Shown here: in pieces, positions 8,722 to 16,303 of the stretch
Position numbering within the stretch: position 1 is the stretch's first letter
How the letters are laid out: each line of letters starts with the position of its first letter
Source of the DNA: Ferroglobus placidus DSM 10642
GTDB taxonomy: Archaea; Halobacteriota; Archaeoglobi; Archaeoglobales; Archaeoglobaceae
Reading direction: 5' to 3'
DNA: 32,000 bases
Assembly: GCF_000025505.1 (NCBI RefSeq)
Contig: NC_013849.1
Coordinates: 780,001-812,000 of the forward strand
Notes under the pieces: generated by a model
Seen by the model: the letters and a program-made list of their open reading frames with translations, nothing else
Told to the model about the DNA's origin: nothing
Databases searched by the model: none
Position numbers and translations under genes: made by a program

Positions 8722-8943
8722 ATGATGGAGGGTATGACAACTCTCGATTACATAAAATACGTCAGAGAGCATCCAGAACTTAAGTGCAAGGAGTGTGGCA
8801 AAAGTTTCAAAGATGTCGTCTGGTTTATAGACTTCAAAGAGGACGAAAACGGAATAGAAGTTAAGGGGAAGGGTAAAGGAAGAGTTTACGTGGTTTGCTG
8901 CAACTGCGGAACCGAGAACGACCTCCTTGAATTAGTAGGCTGA
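8722..8943 (+). CDS. Small zinc-ribbon-like protein of unknown function
   Basis: 73 aa with CKECGKSF and CCNCGTEN; follows aroE closely. Confidence 0.6.
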   Translation: MMEGMTTLDYIKYVREHPELKCKECGKSFKDVVWFIDFKEDENGIEVKGKGKGRVYVVCCNCGTENDLLELVG

Positions 8944-9055
8944 ATTTTTTCCCAATATTTTTATTCAAGTCGTTACGTTAGAAAAGTCATCGACTCAATA
9001 ATTTTCACAACTTTACGCAAGGTTTGGAGTAAGCTGCTGATTCTAACACCGAAAA

Positions 9056-9066
9056 CTATATATTTA
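9056..9066 (+). promoter_or_regulatory. Predicted archaeal TATA box of the histone gene
   Basis: CTATATATTTA preceded by a purine-rich CCGAAAA (BRE-like); strong SD AGGAGGTG just before ATG 9113. Confidence 0.65.
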
Positions 9067-9112
9067 ACCTATACCAATTTATTTTGAAAATTGAGGAAGG
9101 AGGTGTTAGAAC

Positions 9113-9322
9113 ATGGCTGAGTTGCCACTTGCACCGGTTGACAGATTGATTAGGAAGGCTGGTGCCGAGAGAGTTAGTGAAGAGGCAGTTAAAAAAATGG
9201 TCGAAGCACTGGAGGACTACTGCACCAAGATAGCGAAGAAAGCCGTTGAAATTGCCAAGCACGCTGGAAGAAAGACCGTCACAGCTGAAGACATTAAGCT
9301 TGCCGCTTCAATGGTTCAGTAA
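9113..9322 (+). CDS. Archaeal histone
   Basis: [66 protein letters not shown]: complete minimal histone fold. Confidence 0.96.
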   Translation: MAELPLAPVDRLIRKAGAERVSEEAVKKMVEALEDYCTKIAKKAVEIAKHAGRKTVTAEDIKLAASMVQ

Positions 9323-10078
9323 TTCCTTTTTTATTAAATTTTTAATATTTTCGTAACCCTTTTTAGGCTTTAAAATTTCCACGACGTCTTCGCACCTCAA
9401 ATACGCCAGCTTTCCGGCAATTTCGGCAGCCTTTCTGTACCTTTCTCCGTCGCAGACGAAGTACTTTCCCGGGGTGACTATAACGACTTTATCCGCTTCA
9501 AGGGACTCCTCGTTGGGATAAGCGAGGTTTCCCGAGGACTCAACAACGAGAATTTCGCTTTTTCTCTTTAACTTCTTTAAAATTTCGTTCGACGCATCCC
9601 TTCCAGAAAGCAGTAGATCGTTTACACTTTCAATTTCAACCTTCGATATCTCTCTGTTTCTCAGAATTCTCTCGACTCTCTTAAGGAATGATTTTACAAA
9701 CCTGCTTAACGGCTCTACAACGTAAATGCTTTCCTCAATTCTAACAACAGCTGTCTGAAAAACCGGAGATTCCAAGCTCGTCGTATTCCAGTCCACAGCT
9801 TCTAAGTCTATGGGAAGGAGGAGGGAGAAGACGGGATTCAAAATTTCAAGTTTTTCCTCACCTTTTACAAGTTCGCTAACCCTAAGAACGTCATGACTAA
9901 CGAATTCACCTATTTCAAGAATTCTTTCAAAAGCTTTCTCATGGTAGAAAGCGTTCAGCGTTGCCAACGGCTTAGAAAACTCTACGCTAAAACCCTCTCC
10001 TCTAAAAGCTTTAACTATCTCCTCCACAGCCTTTGTCTTCCCCACGTGCTGCCCTACTCCCACAACGAGAATCAACAC
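9308..10078 (-). CDS. P-loop ATPase/GTPase-like protein of unknown function
   Basis: N-terminal Walker A-like GVGQHVGKT; 256 aa; converges on the histone gene with 15-nt overlap. Confidence 0.7.
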   Translation of the reverse strand: MLILVVGVGQHVGKTKAVEEIVKAFRGEGFSVEFSKPLATLNAFYHEKAFERILEIGEFVSHDVLRVSELVKGEEKLEILNPVFSLLLPIDLEAVDWNTTSLESPVFQTAVVRIEESIYVVEPLSRFVKSFLKRVERILRNREISKVEIESVNDLLLSGRDASNEILKKLKRKSEILVVESSGNLAYPNEESLEADKVVIVTPGKYFVCDGERYRKAAEIAGKLAYLRCEDVVEILKPKKGYENIKNLIKKELLNH

Positions 10079-10128
10079 GAAAATCGTTAAGACAAAGTTT
10101 TTATAAAGTTTAAAGAAGTTCTTCTTCG

Positions 10129-10458
10129 ATGCTGCCGCTAAATCCGAATCAGATGAAAAAGATGATGAAGCAGATGGGCATAGAAATGGAAACGATCGAA
10201 GCTGAGGAAGTTATAATAAAAACGAAAGATGCAGACTACGTTTTCAAAAATCCGGTGGTAAATAAAATCTCGGCTAAAGGAATAGAGACGTTTCAAATTA
10301 CCGGAAGCTACGAAGTAGTTGAGAAAGTCGTGATAAATGAAGAGGATGTCAAACTTCTGATGGAGCAAGCTGGAGTTAGCGAGGAAGAGGCAAGAAAAGC
10401 TCTCGAAGAAGCTAAAGGAGATCTTGCGGAAGCTTTAATGAAGCTGCAAGGAGAATGA
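10129..10458 (+). CDS. nac: Nascent polypeptide-associated complex protein
   Basis: NPNQMKKMMKQMGIEMETIEAEEVIIKTKDADYVFKNPVVNKI plus C-terminal UBA-like helices. Confidence 0.93.
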   Translation: MLPLNPNQMKKMMKQMGIEMETIEAEEVIIKTKDADYVFKNPVVNKISAKGIETFQITGSYEVVEKVVINEEDVKLLMEQAGVSEEEARKALEEAKGDLAEALMKLQGE

Positions 10459-11195
10459 AACCGCCGGTCGTTCTGATTAGAGGGAGAAATGCTTTCTTAG
10501 TTGAGAAGTTCGAAGGGGAGCTTCACACACACAAAGGGATAATAAAGCTTGAAGAACTTAAAAACAAGAAGTTTGGAGATAAAGTAAAGACCCACCTCGG
10601 CTACGAATTCAGCATAATTCCTTTCAACGCTTCCAAGTTTTTCCAGCTCTTTAAAAAAGGTCCGACGCCGGTTATGCCGAAAGACATTGGAGCCGTAATA
10701 GCTTACACCGGTTTACAACCAGATTCCCTTATTTTTGACGCTGGAACCGGAAGTGGTGTCGTTGCAGCGTATCTTGCTTACTTCAACAAGTACGGAGAAG
10801 TCGTGACTGTGGAAAAGAGAGAGGACTTTGCAAAAATAGCGAGGGAGAACTTCAAAAAAGCTGGATTGAAGAACGTTCATCAGATTATCGGAGATGCGAT
10901 TTTTGTCGCTGACGGCTTCAAAAAAGAGTTCGATCTCGTTTTCCTCGACATGAAAGACGACGTGGAGTTTCTGCCAAAAGCTTGGGAGATCTTAAAAGAG
11001 GCTGGATACTGCGTGGTTTACAACCCCTACATAGAACAAACGAAAGCCGTTTACGAGAAAATGAAGGAGATAGGCTTCAAAGAAATCGAAGCCTTCGAGC
11101 TCGTAAAGATAAACTTGGAGTTCAAAAGAGTTGGTACGAGACCTTTTACCGAAATCTTCCACACAGGCTATCTGGTTTTCGGGAGAAAGGTCTGA
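10455..11195 (+). CDS. trmI: tRNA (adenine-N1)-methyltransferase, TrmI family
   Basis: FDAGTGSGVVAAYLA SAM-binding motif, GPTPVMPKDIGAVIAYTGL and C-terminal RVGTRPFTEIFHTGYLVFGRK. Confidence 0.87.
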   Translation: MKPPVVLIRGRNAFLVEKFEGELHTHKGIIKLEELKNKKFGDKVKTHLGYEFSIIPFNASKFFQLFKKGPTPVMPKDIGAVIAYTGLQPDSLIFDAGTGSGVVAAYLAYFNKYGEVVTVEKREDFAKIARENFKKAGLKNVHQIIGDAIFVADGFKKEFDLVFLDMKDDVEFLPKAWEILKEAGYCVVYNPYIEQTKAVYEKMKEIGFKEIEAFELVKINLEFKRVGTRPFTEIFHTGYLVFGRKV

Positions 11196-11196
11196 G

Positions 11197-11913
11197 CTAA
11201 CCCATCCTTCCTTTTATCCCGAGTTCTTTTAGAACATCCCTAATCTTCGGAACTATTTTGTCGTACTTCTTTTTCAGCTCCTTAGTTCTCTTCTTCTTTT
11301 CCCTCTCGAATTCCGCTGCTCTTTCCGCAGAAAGGGTGCAAAAAAGCTCGAGGAATTCCCAAACCTTGTCCATGGATTTTCTGGTCTTCCTGTTCTTCTT
11401 TAACCGCTTTGTAACTTTTTTTAGAAGCAAAAGCTCGTCTCCGGATCTATCGAGAATTATCGAAGCTAAGACGTTTTCCCACCCAAGGTTTAGCGTGGCT
11501 AAAACGAATTCTCTAAAAAGATCTACGACCTCGTCCTTCTTTTCGTTGCCCGTCTTCTCGAAAGAGAATTCCTCAAGTTTTTCGTAAGCTTCTCTGCTCA
11601 ACGCATCGTAAGATTTCTCCACAGACACGCCGTAATCAACATAAGCTTCGCAGAGCTCCGTTAGCTTCTCAACTGTAAATTCCTCCAAAGAGTCGAGCAT
11701 TCTGTGGAGAAGGTAATAACATAACCCCTCCACGTTCCAATTTTCCACGAGTCTGTCAAACAGAGCCTCGGATAGTTTTTCGGAATCTGCAATTCTGTCG
11801 ACTTCTCGATTATAAAAATTGCAAACAATTTCCCCCATTCTGCTGTGGACGTCGAGAGAAGGTGACATGCGGAAAGAAAAGAAAAGGAGGATAAAAATCT
11901 TTTGAACTTTCAC
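11197..11913 (-). CDS. Conserved hypothetical, highly charged helical protein
   Basis: 238-aa ORF; later in-frame starts (MSPSLDV or MGEIVCNF) may be the real N-terminus. Confidence 0.6.
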   Translation of the reverse strand: MKVQKIFILLFFSFRMSPSLDVHSRMGEIVCNFYNREVDRIADSEKLSEALFDRLVENWNVEGLCYYLLHRMLDSLEEFTVEKLTELCEAYVDYGVSVEKSYDALSREAYEKLEEFSFEKTGNEKKDEVVDLFREFVLATLNLGWENVLASIILDRSGDELLLLKKVTKRLKKNRKTRKSMDKVWEFLELFCTLSAERAAEFEREKKKRTKELKKKYDKIVPKIRDVLKELGIKGRMG

Positions 11914-12698
11914 CTTTCCAAACCTTCGAGGAACTCAAGAACGAACCTGTTGAACTCTTCGGGATTTTCCATTTTTGCCAGATGGGCGGCATTTTTCACG
12001 ACCTTTAGTGTTGAATTTGGAATGAGCTTTGCTATCTGCTCTCCCAGCTCTGGAGGGGTTGTAATATCGAACTCAGCCACAATCACAAGCGTCGGCACCG
12101 CTATCTTCGGAAGCAAATCTTCGTAGTTAATCTTGCCGATTTCTATCGTTACTTTCGTGTAGTACTCTTTATCGTTCTTTCTTATAATCGTCTTGACCAA
12201 GTCGATCAGTTCTCTCCTCTTTTGATGAAAGGAGATGTTGGCGATAAATTCGGCAATCTCTTCCATACTTCCTCTCTCCAAAAGCTTAAGCCTCTCTTCG
12301 AATAAAGGCTTAGCCTCTTCCGGAAGCTTGTGGAGGGTATTGGCAAGCACTAACGACTTTACCCTTTCAGGATAGTTTTTGTAGAACTCGAAGCAAACAA
12401 CTCCTCCCATGGACAAACCGAGCAAATGTGCCGCATCTATCTTCAAAAAATCCATGAGGTTTTTTACATCCTCGGCAAAGTCTCGAACGGAAATTTTTTC
12501 GGGAATATCGGACATTCCGAAACCCCTCAAGTCGAGGCTAACAACTCTATATTTTCTCGCAAACTCCGAATACTGAAAAGTCCACCCCTCCAAACTCTCT
12601 CCAAGTCCGTGAATAAGTATTAGCGGCTCTCCTTTACCGACTTCAAAATACCTCAGCTTCAAGCCGTTGGAATCGAAAAAGCCAAACCTGAGCTCCAT
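11910..12698 (-). CDS. Alpha/beta-fold hydrolase
   Basis: PLILIHGLGESLEGW, nucleophile elbow LLGLSMGG, late NAAHLAKMENPEEFNRFV. Confidence 0.88.
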   Translation of the reverse strand: MELRFGFFDSNGLKLRYFEVGKGEPLILIHGLGESLEGWTFQYSEFARKYRVVSLDLRGFGMSDIPEKISVRDFAEDVKNLMDFLKIDAAHLLGLSMGGVVCFEFYKNYPERVKSLVLANTLHKLPEEAKPLFEERLKLLERGSMEEIAEFIANISFHQKRRELIDLVKTIIRKNDKEYYTKVTIEIGKINYEDLLPKIAVPTLVIVAEFDITTPPELGEQIAKLIPNSTLKVVKNAAHLAKMENPEEFNRFVLEFLEGLER

Positions 12699-12772
12699 AA
12701 TGTCTATATGATTTCAAAGCGTAAAAACTCTTTCAATTTTCTTCAACGAAAATGACAGTTCTTTACCGAATT

Positions 12773-13303
12773 CTAAACTCCTTCCAATACCAGACATAAG
12801 TTCTTTTTAGCTTCCTCCTCGTCCTGAAAGTCGTAATGTGATAAGTTTTTTACATCATCTCCTTCAACGAGGGTCCCATAAGGATCTTCTTTACAGCTGT
12901 CTGCATTTCCAAGCGATCGGATTGCTGAGAGAAGAACTTACGCATATGCCTGAGTCTAAGCTTCGAATTCAACCTGCTGAAATGATGTTGAATTGATTTT
13001 CCGAGAAAAGACATTTCGGTTTCGTGCTGAGATACTCGATTAAAGCTTCTTTAGCCTCCTCAGAGAAAAATGTAAATCGATCATCATAATTCTCAGTCAG
13101 CTGGAATGAGAACGGTGCAGTTGTTACAATCAATGTTTTCAAGCTTAAGACGATAAACCTCTTCAGAATGCATTCTTGACGTTGCCGCCATCAGAATTTC
13201 CGCTTTCATCTTCAGATTGCATGGATGACGAATGGATTTAACTTCCTTGAGCAACGCTCTCACATCATTCACATTAATAACCATACGGGAGGGGATCTTG
13301 AGT
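12773..13303 (-). pseudogene. Decayed tyrosine recombinase (XerC/SSV-like integrase), C-terminal catalytic part
   Basis: Minus-strand fragments in shifting frames: VRALLKEVKSIRHPCNLKMKAEILMAATSRMHSEEVYRLKLENIDCNNCTVLI; RFTFFSEEAKEALIEYLSTKPKCLFSEN; LRLRHMRKFFSQQSDRLEMQTAVKKILMGPSLKEMM*; SHYDFQDEEEAKKNLCLVLEGV*. Confidence 0.78.
13284..13303. repeat. 20-nt direct repeat of tRNA-Leu sequence (candidate att core, distal copy)
   Basis: TACGGGAGGGGATCTTGAGT identical to 14619..14638 inside the tRNA gene. Confidence 0.8.
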
Positions 13304-13362
13304 TTGAGGGTTCAGAATTCAAAATAGAGTATTCTCCTCTGAGAAATGCCTTCAAAAAGTGG

Positions 13363-13602
13363 TTATTTAAATATTCGAGAGGCTTTCATTGAATTGTAGA
13401 CTAATTTGATGTCTCTAATCTTAGCCTCTCTTACAAATCCCTGATCTTCCCTCGATTGATAGAAGACAAATTTCATTCCAAGCTTTAACTCCTTGAAAAC
13501 TGTAGCAGACTTGATAAATACATCTTTATCTTTTTTAAGAATCTATCCATAGAACTACTTAGGTATCGGGAAAGCTATGCCAACGATCTTCGCCGTTACC
13601 TC
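13363..13602 (-). pseudogene. Decayed DUF365-like archaeal gene
   Basis: Minus-strand translation EVTAKIVGIAFPIPK*FYG*ILKKDKDVFIKSATVFKELKLGMKFVFYQSREDQGFVREAKIRDIKLVYNSMKA..., with in-frame stops and truncated C-terminus. Confidence 0.6.
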
Positions 13603-14104
13603 ACAGACTTTCTATAACTTTTCTAGCTTTTTCATATACATTAACGCTCAACCACATCACGTTTGCGAGCTTTTCCAAATCTCCTAAACCTTCTTCCTTT
13701 GAAATCAATTCTAACCTAACAGCCTTGATGATTATACCTACTGAACCTACAACTTCCAAACCTAAGCCTAAAGCGAATTTTCTTGCGTCTGAGTCGTCTA
13801 ATAACACCGGAACGTTTAACGATTTGGCGAGTAAGATCGCACAAGCTTCGCCGTGATGTATTCCCACTTTCTTAGCCAGCTCATTGGCATCTTTCGGATC
13901 GTCAACGATTTTAATCCAATCCGTTGATTCGATCAGGAAAGCGTCAGGATTTCCCTTCTCTTTCCCTCTATCGATTACCTCCACTTTGACGGTTTTCGGA
14001 ACGATTATTTCTCCAAATATTTCCTTGAGCAGGTCTATCCTTCCGATTTTTGCCAAGTGGATTAACGGACCAGCGTTGCTGACAGCGGTCATTTCATCGC
14101 CCAC
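13601..14104 (-). CDS. PIN-domain (DUF3368-like) toxin/nuclease
   Basis: VSNAGPLIHLAKIGRIDLLKEIFGEIIVPKTVKVEV...HHGEACAILLAKSLNVPVLLDDSDARKFA: spaced acidic PIN residues. Confidence 0.87.
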   Translation of the reverse strand: MGDEMTAVSNAGPLIHLAKIGRIDLLKEIFGEIIVPKTVKVEVIDRGKEKGNPDAFLIESTDWIKIVDDPKDANELAKKVGIHHGEACAILLAKSLNVPVLLDDSDARKFALGLGLEVVGSVGIIIKAVRLELISKEEGLGDLEKLANVMWLSVNVYEKARKVIESL

Positions 14105-14394
14105 TTTATGTCAGCCTCAAGATCTTCTAAATCATATTTGAACGGGATGTTTCTCTTTCTCAACTCTTCTAAAGCCTCCCTGTACGTTATTCCCGCTATT
14201 TCAGCAGCTTTCCATAACGAAACCTTGCCATCTCGGTATAGCTCTAAAGCTCTCTTAATCTTATACTCTCTGAGCGATTCCGTTATAAGTTTGCGAATAA
14301 GCGTTCCTTTGTCTATTCCTTCCTCTTTACTCAATCTCTCAATCTCTTCGATAATCTCCTTGGGTAGTCTAACGGACGTAGTTACCATTTTCAC
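14089..14394 (-). CDS. Ribbon-helix-helix / UPF0175-like antitoxin
   Basis: TTSVRLPKEIIEEIERLSKEEGIDKGTLIRKLI then KAAEIAGITYREALEELRKRNIPFKYDLEDL; overlaps the PIN gene by 16 nt. Confidence 0.87.
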   Translation of the reverse strand: MKMVTTSVRLPKEIIEEIERLSKEEGIDKGTLIRKLITESLREYKIKRALELYRDGKVSLWKAAEIAGITYREALEELRKRNIPFKYDLEDLEADIKWAMK

Positions 14395-14586
14395 AATTAC
14401 ATCTTAATGCGAAGTATACTTAAAACTTTGCGAAAGGTTTAGCGAGGAAGTTTAGAAGAATTTCTCGGCACGTCGAATGGTTGAAAGCTTTTAATCTGAA
14501 CTCGAGTCTGAGATCGAGAATTCGTTAAAGGAAGTGATCGAAAAATTAACTACGTTTTAAAGAAACTTAGAGAAATTCTGAAACAA

Positions 14587-14671
14587 TGCGGGGGGTGGGA
14601 TTTGAACCCACGAACCCCTACGGGAGGGGATCTTGAGTCCCCCGCCTTTGGCCTGGCTCGGCAACCCCCGC
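14587..14671 (-). tRNA. tRNA-Leu (anticodon CAA), no encoded CCA
   Basis: Minus strand GCGGGGG.TT.GCCGAGCCAGGCCAAAGGC.G.GGGGA-CTCAAGA-TCCCC.TCCCGTAGGGGTTC.GTGGG-TTCAAAT-CCCAC.CCCCCGC.A: cloverleaf with long variable arm (CCC/GGG), discriminator A. Confidence 0.96.
14619..14638. repeat. 20-nt direct repeat, tRNA-internal copy (candidate att core)
   Basis: TACGGGAGGGGATCTTGAGT, identical to 13284..13303. Confidence 0.8.
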
Positions 14672-14724
14672 TGCTTCAAATTTAAAGGCTTCGATTTGCT
14701 TAAAGTATTTTGCGGTTATGCATA

Positions 14725-14829
14725 TTAGAATCCGTACTTAAATATCAGAATTGCAAAGACGATAACGACTAAAAGCATAGAAATCAAGAAGAGAATGTCG
14801 AATTCGTCTAAATCAAACTTTTTATCCAT
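14725..14829 (-). CDS. Putative 34-aa single-pass membrane microprotein
   Basis: Manual translation MDKKFDLDEFDILFLISMLLVVIVFAILIFKYGF*; below the ORF-track size cutoff. Confidence 0.4.
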   Translation of the reverse strand: MDKKFDLDEFDILFLISMLLVVIVFAILIFKYGF

Positions 14830-14861
14830 GAAAGTACATCAGCAAAAGAATTTAAAAAATT

Positions 14862-16232
14862 TTACGAAAGAATATCTTTCACCGGCTTCTCATACCTTTC
14901 AAAATCCGCAAGATACTGCAAAAATATCAGTGCCGCCGATGGACTACCTCCCCCGTGCACGGCTCCAAAAACGTGAGATGAGGAAAGCCAGAAGCTAACG
15001 AACTTCGCTATCTTCAACCTTTCCTCCGGAGAGAATTTTTCCGAAGCTTTCAAAATCGTTCTCAGCTTCTCGCCGATTCCCTCAGCTTTAAGATCCTCTT
15101 CAGAAGGTGAAGTGGCTGGTAGAGCTCCCGAGATGTCCGTTAAAATTCCTATCGCTTTCATAAAACTATCAACACCAGCTACTTTAGCTGAATTAGCCAT
15201 AATTGCGTTGGGCACGTAAGCCTCTCCAACCTTTTCTCCTTTGTAAGCCGCTCCGATAGAAATGGCAAAAGCCGCTTCGCTCAACCCTACGATCTCAGCA
15301 ACCTTCTGGCGTAAAACGCTAACGTTCTCCAAGCCGTTAGCCTTGAGCATTAGACTTGCTGCCCCAGCCATCGAAGCCAAAAATTCAGCCTTACACGCTG
15401 CTCCGACGCATCTGTGAGAGTTCGCAAAATTCTGAAGAACCGAAGCCGTAGCTCTCAGGTCTTTGTAGATGAAAACGCGCTCCCAAGGGACAAACACTTC
15501 ATCCATTATTACGACGCAGGTTATCCTGTCTCCATACTTAGGATTGCCAGCATCAGCACCTTCCCTCTGCAAAGCCTGATAGCCGGTATTCTGCACGACG
15601 TAACTAACTCCCTTGTCTTCAGGGGTTAAAGCGAAAGCCACAGCGAACTCCTCTTCTCCTTTTTTAAACGTTTGCCCGGGAAGAACGAAGTTTATTTCAC
15701 TCGCAAAAGCTCCGCTTTGATGAATTTTCGCCCCGCTAACAACGATACCGTCCCTCTGCTCATCAACAACCCTCACGTACTGTTCTTTCTGCTCGGAAGG
15801 TCTTTTACTCCTGTCTCCTTTCGAATCGGTTAGCGAAGCTGTACAAGCGAGATCGTTTTTCTGAACTTCTTTTAAGAATTCGAACAGCTTTTTCCTTCCT
15901 TTGTCATTTAGCCCAGCCGCTAAAGAATTTATGGCGTCGCAACCAGTACATCTGTAATTGCAGGTCGCAAGCCTGTGGCTAAGCTCCTTCTGAAACTCGT
16001 ACCTGAAAACGAGTTGCTCAAAAGATTTTATGACAGCATTGAGGACATTCACCTTTCCGTTAATTAAATCTGAATGCACTCCTCCCATTTCTTTAGCCAA
16101 ATCGTAAGTGTAGGCTATCGCATTTACAACAGGTTTTACGTTGGGATGGTCATAGCCTACCTTCTCTCCCTTCACGTAAATCTCCTTTTTGTGCTCTTTC
16201 AGCCTCTCTCTGTATTCCTCACCGCTTATCAT
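14862..16232 (-). CDS. 4-hydroxyphenylacetate 3-hydroxylase / 4-hydroxybutyryl-CoA dehydratase superfamily flavoprotein
   Basis: MISGEEYRERLKEHKKEIYVKGEKV...CNYRCTGCDA...NSHRCVGAACKAE...VHGGGSPSAALI. The ORF opens at 16295, but MISGEEYRERL at 16232 matches family starts. Confidence 0.88.
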   Translation of the reverse strand: MISGEEYRERLKEHKKEIYVKGEKVGYDHPNVKPVVNAIAYTYDLAKEMGGVHSDLINGKVNVLNAVIKSFEQLVFRYEFQKELSHRLATCNYRCTGCDAINSLAAGLNDKGRKKLFEFLKEVQKNDLACTASLTDSKGDRSKRPSEQKEQYVRVVDEQRDGIVVSGAKIHQSGAFASEINFVLPGQTFKKGEEEFAVAFALTPEDKGVSYVVQNTGYQALQREGADAGNPKYGDRITCVVIMDEVFVPWERVFIYKDLRATASVLQNFANSHRCVGAACKAEFLASMAGAASLMLKANGLENVSVLRQKVAEIVGLSEAAFAISIGAAYKGEKVGEAYVPNAIMANSAKVAGVDSFMKAIGILTDISGALPATSPSEEDLKAEGIGEKLRTILKASEKFSPEERLKIAKFVSFWLSSSHVFGAVHGGGSPSAALIFLQYLADFERYEKPVKDILS

Positions 16233-16303
16233 AATTGTTTCTCGAAAACGACCGATAAATACGTTTCGAAAAGTGTTATTTCCGCTAAAATTCATTATCC
16301 GCT

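Noticed and set aside
13093-13284. 63-aa ORF as an intact gene
   Set aside because: It is one frame-fragment of the decayed tyrosine recombinase; homologous-looking sequence continues in other frames.
14108-14407. 99-aa plus-strand ORF opposite the antitoxin gene, and 13884..14141 (+)
   Set aside because: Antisense to well-supported TA coding sequence; Ser/Leu-rich composition typical of shadow ORFs.
14588-14640. G-rich tract (GCGGGGGGTGGG...CGGGAGGGG) as a G-quadruplex or regulatory element
   Set aside because: Fully explained by the tRNA-Leu acceptor, T and variable arms.
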